Both the position numbers and the translations under genes were made by a program. The notes beneath the pieces are model-generated. The model saw only the letters and a program-made list of their open reading frames with translations. It ran no database searches and was not told the DNA's origin. This document shows positions 55,886-64,000 of a DNA stretch of 64,000 nucleotides, piece by piece (positions within the stretch are counted from its first letter, which is position 1; every line of letters starts with the position of its first letter). This stretch comes from Paludibaculum sp. (lineage in GTDB: Bacteria; Acidobacteriota; Terriglobia; Bryobacterales; Bryobacteraceae). The DNA lies in contig JASGIE010000059.1 in NCBI GenBank assembly GCA_049841055.1, positions 1,516 to 65,515 of the forward strand, read 5' to 3'.

Positions 55886-57325
55886 TCACCGGACCCGGAA
55901 CGGGTCCTTCCCTGTCTGCTTCAAATGCCCGATCTCGCGCAGATAGGCGTCGACGCCCGTCTTGCGCCTCATCCCTTCCAGGTTCATATACCGGATCATC
56001 CCGAAAATCGGCCGCTCCTGCCAGGGCCGGTCGTGCAGGCCGAAACACCACAGGATGTTCGTATACGTGTTCGGATCGCGCCCATCCAGCGCATACCGGT
56101 CGTGAATCGCGATCATTGTCTCCGCCGCGTCCTCACACGTCCGCGACCACTCGATGATCTTCTTGCCCCAGTACATCCGGTAGTAGCCGTGGATCTTGCC
56201 CCTCAGCAGCATCTCGGTCTGGCAGGCGTTCCACAAAGCGTCATGCGTCTCCGCCGCCTCAAACTCCCTCAGGCTGTACACCGGTGACCGCGCATCGCCG
56301 GCATGCTTGCGCAGCGTGGCCTGCGCCCAGTCCGGCAGATTGCTCAACGATCCGGGATCATCCACATGCCGCGCGTAGTTGAACGCCAGCTCCCGCCGCA
56401 CAATCAACTCCTCCAGATACTCCGCCGCGATCAGATTGTGCTCCTTCGCATACTCAGCCGCTGCCAGCGCAATCTCCAGGGACGAGATCTGCCCGAAGTG
56501 CAGGTACGGACTCATATCCGAAGTCGCATGAGCCGCGGGTTCGTTCCGCTCCCGCGCATAGCGCCGCAGGTTATTCCGCAGGAAATGCTTCAGCATCTTC
56601 TCCGCGGCCGCCCGCCCGCCTGTATAAGACAGCGACGGCGCCACCGAGTGATCGATCTCGCACGACGCCACCAGCCCCGGAATGTCCTCCGCCCCCAGCG
56701 GCACATGCCACTCCGGAGCTTCACCCACCCACGCCCGCCTTGGCTTCGTTACGGAGCACGGCTCCAGATACTCCGGCAGCAGCCGCGTGATCTTGGGCCG
56801 GATCGTATACGCGGCATACTCCCGCTTGTCCGGCACATTCATCGGCACCACGCAGCTCGAATCCACCGCGCTGAACTGCACACCCACCTTCCCGGGCACC
56901 GTCGCATTGTGGCCGGCCGCGATAAACGTCGGGTAGTCGTCCGTCACCACGCACGCCGCCCTCTCGGCCAGCCGGTACAACACATCATTCCGGTCCGCGC
57001 GCCGCCGCCGGGGATAGAAGCAATAACCGATGCCTAGCCGGCCCAGCCGCCTGGCCATCTCCGGCACGCCCTCCAGGATGAATGTATGCAGCCGGTCGTC
57101 GGCTTCCTTGTAGGTGCACGTCAACCCCTCGTAGCAGAGCACCGGCAGGCCCAGCTCATTCGCACGCTGCACAGCCCAGGCCAGCGCATGGTTTGAATCC
57201 ACCCGCCGGTTCATCTGCGACCAGTATAGGACATACTCCGCACCCGGGCGGACCGGCGCGTCATTCAGCACGCGCACGCGTTCTTCAAGTTTTGTTGTGA
57301 CGGCCACTATCCTTCTGGATGCCAA
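55886..57325 (-). CDS. phr: Class II CPD photolyase
   Basis: VLYWSQMNRR, SPYLHFGQIS, IHGYYRMYWGKKI, DGRDPN, HDRPW.ERPIFG.IRYM. Confidence 0.93.
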   Translation of the reverse strand: MASRRIVAVTTKLEERVRVLNDAPVRPGAEYVLYWSQMNRRVDSNHALAWAVQRANELGLPVLCYEGLTCTYKEADDRLHTFILEGVPEMARRLGRLGIGYCFYPRRRRADRNDVLYRLAERAACVVTDDYPTFIAAGHNATVPGKVGVQFSAVDSSCVVPMNVPDKREYAAYTIRPKITRLLPEYLEPCSVTKPRRAWVGEAPEWHVPLGAEDIPGLVASCEIDHSVAPSLSYTGGRAAAEKMLKHFLRNNLRRYARERNEPAAHATSDMSPYLHFGQISSLEIALAAAEYAKEHNLIAAEYLEELIVRRELAFNYARHVDDPGSLSNLPDWAQATLRKHAGDARSPVYSLREFEAAETHDALWNACQTEMLLRGKIHGYYRMYWGKKIIEWSRTCEDAAETMIAIHDRYALDGRDPNTYTNILWCFGLHDRPWQERPIFGMIRYMNLEGMRRKTGVDAYLREIGHLKQTGKDPFRVR

Positions 57326-57456
57326 AAAAGTACGCCTTGGAACAAAAGCGTGTTTGTTACATCCATGCTAGATCCTTTTCGACGCACTCCTGCGCGTCTT
57401 TTCACAGCGGGCCACTGGCTAAGCACAAGACCCGCGCCATCTTAAGGAGATTCAGC

Positions 57457-59255
57457 ATGAGTAAAACCGTATGGGCATGGTGTGCCTTCATCGGGGTATC
57501 CACCGTGTTCGGTCAACCGGTGATCGGGAAGAAGAGTGTCCGCCCGGCTGCGCCCACCGCCTCGGCCGCCGGCCTGGCCCGCGGCTCCGCCTTCCGCATT
57601 CTGGGCGACAACCTCGGACCGCTCGATGCCATCAAGGCCGACATGCCCTATCCGGCTGAAATCGACGGCGTGAAGGTAATCCTCAGGAACAAGGCGAGCG
57701 GCGCCGAGGTCCAGGCGCTCCTCTCCAGGCCGGAGCCTTTGAGATTCACGGCATCGTGCCTTCCTCCACGGAATCCGGAGCCTCCACCCTCCGCGTCCAG
57801 ACCAATGCCGGCACCAGCAGCGAAATCGACGTCAACATCGCCAACCAGGTGCTCGGCATCGTCACCACGACCAACCTGAACGGCGCTCTGGCCGCCACCG
57901 ACATCCTTCGGCCCGACGCCGACCCGCAGCGGCTCCGCATGACCGCCCCCGCGCATCCAGGATCCACGCTCAGCATCCTGGCCGCCGGCTTTGGACCTAT
58001 CAACACCTCAGACGGCGACCCGGCGGTGGAACAGCCGTTGCTGGAAGGCGCGGAGCTCCTCATCGGAGGTCTGGCCCTGCCCGTCCGCTACGCCGGCCGT
58101 TACCCTGGCAAAGCCGGCTATAACCGGATCCTGGTCGACCTGCCCGAAACCGGACTCCAACTCGGCTGCTACGTACCCATCTCCCTGCGCGCCGGCGAAA
58201 ACCTCAGCAATGCCGCGTTCCTCTCCATCGCCGCCCCCGATCAGTCCATGTGCGACGCCGGCGGCGCCCTGACCCCCGAAGCCATCCAGGCCATCGACGA
58301 GGGCCGCCAGGTCGTAGTCCCCGGCTTCCAGATCACCGACACCGCCACCTCGTTCGACTTCGACGGCGAATCGATCGAATTCCACTCCCGTGCCGCCAGC
58401 GGCGCCTTCTACGCCTACAGCAGCTATGAACTGGAATCGGGCCTGGCTTTCCTCAACGGCACCATTCAGCACCTGAACGGCTGCTCAGTTGTGACCCTCG
58501 AAGGCAGCTCAGACGAATACGAAGCCGCCGAAGCCTCCGGCCTCGATGCCGGCCAGATCCTCAAGTTCGACGGCCAGGCTGGGGCTCAGTTCGAACTCGA
58601 ACGCCAGCCCACCATCATCTACACCGGCGATCTCGGTAGCAGTATCCCCGTTCTGCCTGGCGTCTTCAGCCTGGAAGACAAGGCGCGCCACATGATCCGC
58701 CAGGCCAAAGCCTCCGCTGGAAAGGCCGCCGGCTCGCGCCGCACCGGCTTCCCCGTCATTGCACCCGACCTGACGCCCGGCACCTACTCCCTCAGCGGCA
58801 CCGGCGGTACCGCCATCGATGCCTTCAATGCCTCCATCGACCTCGGCGCGCCCGTCACCTGGACCAACAAGGCCTCCATCAACGACATCGATCGAGCCAA
58901 CCCGCTCTCTATCGTCTGGACTCCCGGACCCGCCGCGGACGTCGTCACCGTCACCGGCATGGCCATCGGGCCCGTACCCGGTTTTCCCAAGGCGATCGGC
59001 CGCCTCTTCACCTGCCAGGCTCCGGCCAATGCCGGTGGACTCACCGTCTCAGCCGACATCCTCCACCTCATGCCCGTCACCGGCGGCTCGGAAGACAGCA
59101 TGGGCCTACTTTCCGTCCTCCAGAGCAACACCCCGCCGAACGGCCGCTTCAAGGCGCCCCTCGTCGGCGGCGGAGAGACCGAATACGGTCAGATCGGTTA
59201 TACCTACGGCGGCCAAAGAGCGTCAATTTCCAGTAAGCCGCTAGAATGGGACTAG
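57457..59255 (+). CDS. Secreted TIGR03437-like surface protein (apparent frameshift ~57735)
   Basis: Signal peptide; GLARGSAFRILGDNLGP, AHPGSTLSILAAGFGP, YAGRYPG, GCYVP, LDAG, WTNK. Confidence 0.72.
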
Positions 59256-60377
59256 GTGAGAGCCTGGAACCGAGCCAAATTGTTGTGGGGCTATGCGCGC
59301 GGCCGGACCCGGCTGCGCGCTTTGCCCGTGGAGTACATCGTCGAAACCACGGCGAAGTGCAACATCTACTGCCCGATGTGCCCCCGCGAAACCCACCCTC
59401 AGCCCAAGGAAGACATGTCCGACGAGGTCTTCCAGGCCTTGGTCCGTCAGGCCTCGGAAACCGGCGAGCACATGATGCTCATCGGTCTCGGTGAGCCCTT
59501 TCTTGATCGCAGGATCTTCGATCGCATCCACTTCTGCGACGAGCACGGCATCTCTTCCCTCATCTCCACCAACGGCACCCTGCTCGACGAAAAGGCCGCT
59601 GTTCGCCTTCTCGACACCCCCCTCGAACACATCACCCTCAGCTTCGACGGCTACAGCAAGGAGACGTTCGAGTTCTACCGCAAAGGGGCGAAGTTCGAGC
59701 GTGTCCGCGACAACTTCCTCAACTTCTGCCGCCTGAAACACGACCGCAAATCGAAGCTCCAGATCGTGGTCCAGATGGTCCGCATGGACGGCAACCGCCA
59801 CGAAGTGGAAGACTTCACGAAGTTCTGGCGCGACGTCCCGGGTGTTGACCTCATCCGCATCAAGGAAGACGAAACGAACCTGATGCGCCCCGATGCCGGG
59901 CACGGCGCCGCCGAATGGACCCATCCCTGCCACTACCTCTGGCGCGGGCCCATGTACATCAAGCACAACGGCGATGCCTACCCCTGCTGCCAGAGCTACA
60001 TGCTGGATGGCGCGCCGGTCGGCAACGTCACCCACTCCACCATGGAGCAGATCTTCGACGGACCCGAAATGCAGCGCATGCGGCGACTCCACCTGGACGG
60101 CCGCGCCGGCGAGATCGACATCTGCGCCCGCTGCTGCACCACCATCCCCCACCCGTTCCTCGTCGCCGGAAGCCTGCTCTTCCACGGCCGCACGGTCCGG
60201 TCCCTACTGCCCTTCGTCGAACGCCTGGTCTACCTCGCGAAGCTCCCCGCCCGCTGGCTGAACCCGCCCAAACCGGTGCCGGTCAATTCCCAAAGCCCAG
60301 ATCCGGCTGCACCGCCGCTGGTCCAGATCGGCCCGCCGCGGCCGCGTAAGCCTTCAGACTCCTCCTCGGCGGACTGA
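59256..60377 (+). CDS. Radical SAM protein with SPASM/twitch domain
   Basis: CNIYCPMC (CxxxCxxC), GLGEPF, C-terminal C...NGDAYPCC...CARC. Confidence 0.92.
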   Translation: MRAWNRAKLLWGYARGRTRLRALPVEYIVETTAKCNIYCPMCPRETHPQPKEDMSDEVFQALVRQASETGEHMMLIGLGEPFLDRRIFDRIHFCDEHGISSLISTNGTLLDEKAAVRLLDTPLEHITLSFDGYSKETFEFYRKGAKFERVRDNFLNFCRLKHDRKSKLQIVVQMVRMDGNRHEVEDFTKFWRDVPGVDLIRIKEDETNLMRPDAGHGAAEWTHPCHYLWRGPMYIKHNGDAYPCCQSYMLDGAPVGNVTHSTMEQIFDGPEMQRMRRLHLDGRAGEIDICARCCTTIPHPFLVAGSLLFHGRTVRSLLPFVERLVYLAKLPARWLNPPKPVPVNSQSPDPAAPPLVQIGPPRPRKPSDSSSAD

Positions 60378-60954
60378 ACTCGGAACCGGCCGCCCACCGC
60401 AGCACCCGCCAAAACTCATACTCGCCCGCCGCTCGCTCCAGATAGCTACGCCACCGCGCCGCGTCAAACTCCGCCTGCCATGACTCATCGTCCAGCGGCA
60501 CATACGGACGGCACGACGCTGCGTGTACCGCCGCGCTCGACCACGGCGATGCGCCGGCCCGCTCCTCCAACCCTCGACGCCGGGGCTCCAGTTCGATGCA
60601 GGCCAGCGCGGGCCACAACAGCGGATCCTCCAGCGCATGCACTCCAAAGTCCCTGTGCCAGAGCCTGCCCCGGTCGCCCCGATCCTCACGCACATAGCCG
60701 TGATACCCCTGCCGCAGCCAGCGCACGCCGCCATGCAGTTCAGCCGGACCGGGCGCGCTCAACACAAGGTGGGTTCGTTCTGTCAGCAGGCTGTAGCCGA
60801 ATAACCGCCAGGAAAACCGCTGCGCCGCTTTCCGCACCAGCGATAGATACACATACCGGTCCCGGTCGCTCCGGAACAGCGTCCGGTACGCCAGCACCGC
60901 CTGTGTGACGAGCTGCGGGCAGGGCAGAGGCCGGGCCTGGACGTGACTACGCAT
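60283..60954 (-). CDS. REP-associated tyrosine transposase (Y1/RAYT)-like protein with degenerate catalytic motifs
   Basis: LVTQ, LFRSDRDRYVYL, GYSLLTERTHLV, GRLW..DF, CIELEP, PWSSAAVH follow RAYT layout. Confidence 0.72.
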   Translation of the reverse strand: MRSHVQARPLPCPQLVTQAVLAYRTLFRSDRDRYVYLSLVRKAAQRFSWRLFGYSLLTERTHLVLSAPGPAELHGGVRWLRQGYHGYVREDRGDRGRLWHRDFGVHALEDPLLWPALACIELEPRRRGLEERAGASPWSSAAVHAASCRPYVPLDDESWQAEFDAARWRSYLERAAGEYEFWRVLRWAAGSEFSPPRRSLKAYAAAAGRSGPAAVQPDLGFGN

Positions 60955-60997
60955 AACTGCTTAGTCTCACGCCAGGAACAAAAATCTCGAAAATGTT

Positions 60998-62554
60998 TTA
61001 GAAGTCCGGGTGCTTGTCCGGCTGTACTTCCTGCGGCAGCAACGGGTTATACAGGCCGTGGTCGTAGTAATATCCGGGCCGCACCCGTTCCACTACATTC
61101 GCCACCGAACGGCTGATCACCTTGAAGAACGGGCTCGGCCCCAGGCCGATCCAGAACACCAGAATCAGCAGCGGCGTGAAGTAGACGATCTCGCGCCAGT
61201 TCAAATCCCTCAGGACTTTGTTCTTCTCGTTCTTCAATTCACCCAGCATCGTCCGCTGGAAAAGCCACAGCAGGTAGGCCGCGCCCAGAGCGATGCCGAT
61301 GCCGCAGGCCAGCGCCCACCAGAACGACATCTCGAATGCGCCCTTGATGATCGTGACCTCGCCGATGAAGCCATTCAACGGAGGCAGACCCATCGAGCTC
61401 AGGGCCGCTATCAGGAACACAAAGGTAAACACCGGCATCACCCGGAACAACCCGCCATACTCGGCGATCTCGCGCGTGTGCCGCCGCTCGTAAACCACAC
61501 CCACAATCAGGAAGAGCATGCCGGTCGACACGCCGTGGTTGATCTGCTGGATGATCGAACCGCCGATGCCGGCCGGATTCAACGCGAAAATGCCCAGCGT
61601 ACAGAAGCCCATGTGACTCACCGAGGAGTACGCCACCAGCTTCTTCCAGTCCTTCTGCATCAGGCTGACCAGCGCCCCGTAGATGATGGCGATGATCGAC
61701 AACGCCACCACGGTCCCCAGCACCTTCGGATCCCGCGCCGTCTCCGGCAGCATGGGGATCGAGAAGCGGATGAACCCGAACGTCCCCATCTTCAGCAGGA
61801 TGCCGGCCAGGATGACGGATCCGGCCGTAGGCGCCTCGGTATGCGCATCCGGCAGCCACGTATGCAGCGGCCACATCGGAACCTTTACCGCAAAGCCGAG
61901 GAAGAAAGCCCAGAACACCCACCACGCCAGTTCCGGCGGCATCTGCGTCTCCAGCAGGGCCGACATGTCGAACGTCAGGCGGTGGAACTGCACATACTGC
62001 TGCCAGTAGAACGCCAGAATGCCCAACAGCATCAGAACCGACCCGGCCAGCGTGTAAATCACAAACTTGATGCTCGCGTAGCCGCGCCGCTCGCCGCCCC
62101 AGATCGCGATGATGAAGTACATCGGGATCAGCGTCAGTTCCCAGAACACGAAGAACAGCAGGAAGTCGCGCGCCGCGAAGACGCCCAACATCCCGAACTG
62201 CAGGATCATGAACCAGCCGTAATACTCCTTCAGCCGGTCGTTGATCGCGTTCCACGAACACAGCACCGAAAGGAACCCGATCAGTGCCGTCAGAATCACC
62301 AGCAGCATCGCATACCCGTCGACACCCAGGTTCCAGTACGCCCCAATGGACTTGATCCACGGGACCTTCTCTACAAACTGGTAATCTGCCCGCCAATCGA
62401 ACTGGAACCATAGCGGTAACGTGACGAGAAATCCGACAAGGAAAACGAAGTTCGACCAGAGTTTGATCAACTTCGGGTTCGAAGAAGGCAGGAAAAAGAG
62501 AGGAATCAGTCCCAACAGGGGGATGCACAGAACTAGCGAGAGCAGGTGATCCAT
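60998..62554 (-). CDS. nuoM: NADH-quinone oxidoreductase subunit M (stand-alone)
   Basis: LGVDG, FFVFWELTLIPMY, VKVPMWPLHTWLPDAHTEAPTAGSVILAGILLKMG, LVAYSSVSHMG. Confidence 0.93.
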   Translation of the reverse strand: MDHLLSLVLCIPLLGLIPLFFLPSSNPKLIKLWSNFVFLVGFLVTLPLWFQFDWRADYQFVEKVPWIKSIGAYWNLGVDGYAMLLVILTALIGFLSVLCSWNAINDRLKEYYGWFMILQFGMLGVFAARDFLLFFVFWELTLIPMYFIIAIWGGERRGYASIKFVIYTLAGSVLMLLGILAFYWQQYVQFHRLTFDMSALLETQMPPELAWWVFWAFFLGFAVKVPMWPLHTWLPDAHTEAPTAGSVILAGILLKMGTFGFIRFSIPMLPETARDPKVLGTVVALSIIAIIYGALVSLMQKDWKKLVAYSSVSHMGFCTLGIFALNPAGIGGSIIQQINHGVSTGMLFLIVGVVYERRHTREIAEYGGLFRVMPVFTFVFLIAALSSMGLPPLNGFIGEVTIIKGAFEMSFWWALACGIGIALGAAYLLWLFQRTMLGELKNEKNKVLRDLNWREIVYFTPLLILVFWIGLGPSPFFKVISRSVANVVERVRPGYYYDHGLYNPLLPQEVQPDKHPDF

Positions 62555-62625
62555 AGCGACCGTCCGGCCAAGTTGCCATTCTATCCCAGATGGGACAGAA
62601 ATGGAGAATTGTACTCTGAATTCAC

Positions 62626-62663
62626 TGAAAGGAAAGGGCGGGCCTGCCCGGCGCCGGCCCTCC
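62626..62663 (-). terminator. Terminator-like hairpin 3' of candidate structured RNA
   Basis: Minus strand AGGGC-C-GG-C-GCC-GGGCA-GGC-CC-GCCCT followed by TTCCTTTC. Confidence 0.55.
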
Positions 62664-62667
62664 AGGA

Positions 62668-62899
62668 ATTCGGACCGTGACGTACGTTACCGGCAGTTCA
62701 GCGCCTCGTTGCCGCCCGCCCGAGGGGCGAAAAGGCCCGGTTCTGTCGGTCCGCCGGCCGCAGGAGGAGCCGCCAACAGCCCGTGACCCGACAGCACCGG
62801 CCCCTCGGCCCCGCAGGTCAACACCCGGTTGACCGCAATTGTCGGACTCTCCGGCGTATGCCCACGGGAAAGTCCCGTCACTTCAACAGGATCCGAGTT
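62668..62899 (-). ncRNA. Candidate unclassified structured RNA (~230 nt)
   Basis: At least 8 nested helices, G-U wobbles on the minus strand, GGCA tetraloop, 5' and 3' ends paired. Confidence 0.55.
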
Positions 62900-62911
62900 T
62901 CCGCGGCTGGC

Positions 62912-64000
62912 TTACTCCCGTGGAGCAATCCCCAGCGCCCGCATCTTCTTATACAGGTTGCTGCGCTCCAGCCCCAGCAACTCGGCCGTCCGGCTGACAT
63001 TTCCACTGGATTCGTCCAGCTTCTTCAGGATGTAGTCCCGCTCCGCCGCCTGCCGCACCTCCAGCAGGCTGGCCGTCCGGTCCGACGGCTTCGGAGCCAC
63101 CCGCCGTGCGACCGGCAGTGGAATGTGTCGCGCATCGATCCGTACCTGCGGATACATAATGACGATGCGCTCCATCAGATTCTTCAACTCCCGCACGTTG
63201 CCCGGCCACGAATACTCCGCCAGCGCTTTGTACGCCTCGGCCGTCAACTCTTTCCCCTTCCGGCCATAAGCGGACGTGAACTCGTTCAGGAAATGCTCGG
63301 CCAACAGTGGAATATCCTCCACCCGCTCCGTCAGCGGAGGCACCTCGAACGGAATGACATTCAGCCGGTAGAACAGATCCTCCCGGAAGTTGCCCCGCTC
63401 GATCTCCTCTTCCAGGTTCTTGTTGGTGCGAAGCGATCACCGCACATCCACCTGGATCTGCTCGTCCGACCCCACGGGCTCAAAGCGCTGCTCATCCAAG
63501 ACCCGCATCACTTTGGCCTGGGTTTTGAGGCTCATGTCCCCGACCTCGTCCAGGAACAGCGTCCCGCCGTCGGCCTTCTCCAGCTTTCCGATCTTGTCCC
63601 CGTCCATCCCCGCGATGCTGCCCTTGCGATGCCCAAACAGCTCACTCTCAATAGCTCTTCCGGAATCGCGGCGCAATTCAGTTCGATGAACGCTGATCGC
63701 CGGGCGCGGCCTTGGCAGTGGATCGCATGCGCCATCAATTCCTTGCCCGTCCCGCTCTCGCCATAAATCAGGACCCGCCCGTTCGTCGCCGCCATCAGCA
63801 GAATCTGCTGCCGCAACGCCTTCATCGGGACACTCTCACCAAGATCCTCATCTTGGCTCCGGCTGGTGTCCTTGATCTCGCGCAACTGCAGGTGCAGCCG
63901 CCGCTGCTCCAGCGCGTTCTTCAAAACCACCATGACTTTCTCGATCGTCAGCGGCTTCTCGAGAAAATCAAAGGCGCCCAGCTTTGTCGCCCGCACAGCC
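62912..64000 (-). CDS. NtrC/NtrX-family response regulator (REC-AAA-Fis HTH); 5' end outside window; indels ~63435 and ~63650
   Basis: [77 protein letters not shown]. Confidence 0.92.

Noticed and set aside
60283-60997. Active IS200/RAYT mobile element
   Set aside because: Catalytic residues are missing, and no REP or terminal hairpins and no tnpB are present
62730-62875. RNase P-like words (GGAGAGTCCG and ACAGAACCGGGC on the minus strand) and an SRP-like long arm
   Set aside because: The words are only about 100 nt apart and are used in other helices; no SRP helix-8 CAGG/GNRA/AGCA motif on either strand
62687-62881. 64-aa minus-strand ORF overlapping the candidate RNA
   Set aside because: GTG start with no clear RBS, G/P/A-rich composition expected from GC-rich stems, and no recognisable motif; not fully excluded

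Overview
GC-rich, gene-dense chromosomal window that looks like Acidobacteriota, probably Bryobacterales. This assignment is inferred from an ADOP permease plus PadR pair, TIGR03437-like surface proteins, a carboxypeptidase-regulatory-type TonB receptor and CadC/PD40 regulators. From left to right it holds: a NarL-type two-component pair, a GT2, an ECF sigma/anti-sigma/Spy-like module, fabI, a probable rhamnose/fucose glycan-utilisation locus (TonB receptor, GH106-like, GH29, two membrane-anchored regulators, HpcH aldolase), a GldA/F/G-DUF4340 ABC operon running into pncB-pncA, rsfS, hpt, BNR proteins, hutU-hutI-ftcD, alkA plus an Ada lacking its Zn domain, clpX-lon-yihA-rho, a class II photolyase, a radical SAM/SPASM protein, a RAYT-like protein with degenerate catalytic motifs, a stand-alone nuoM and an NtrX-like regulator without GAFTGA. 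About 18 genes, including fabI and clpX, carry small indels that are best explained as long-read assembly errors. The strongest novelty candidate is a ~230-nt multi-helix structured RNA on the minus strand (62668-62899), followed by a terminator-like hairpin, between the NtrX-like gene and nuoM. I could not match it to any RNA family I recognise. No tRNA, rRNA, CRISPR array or prophage was seen. All calls are by-eye motif recognition; no database searches were run.
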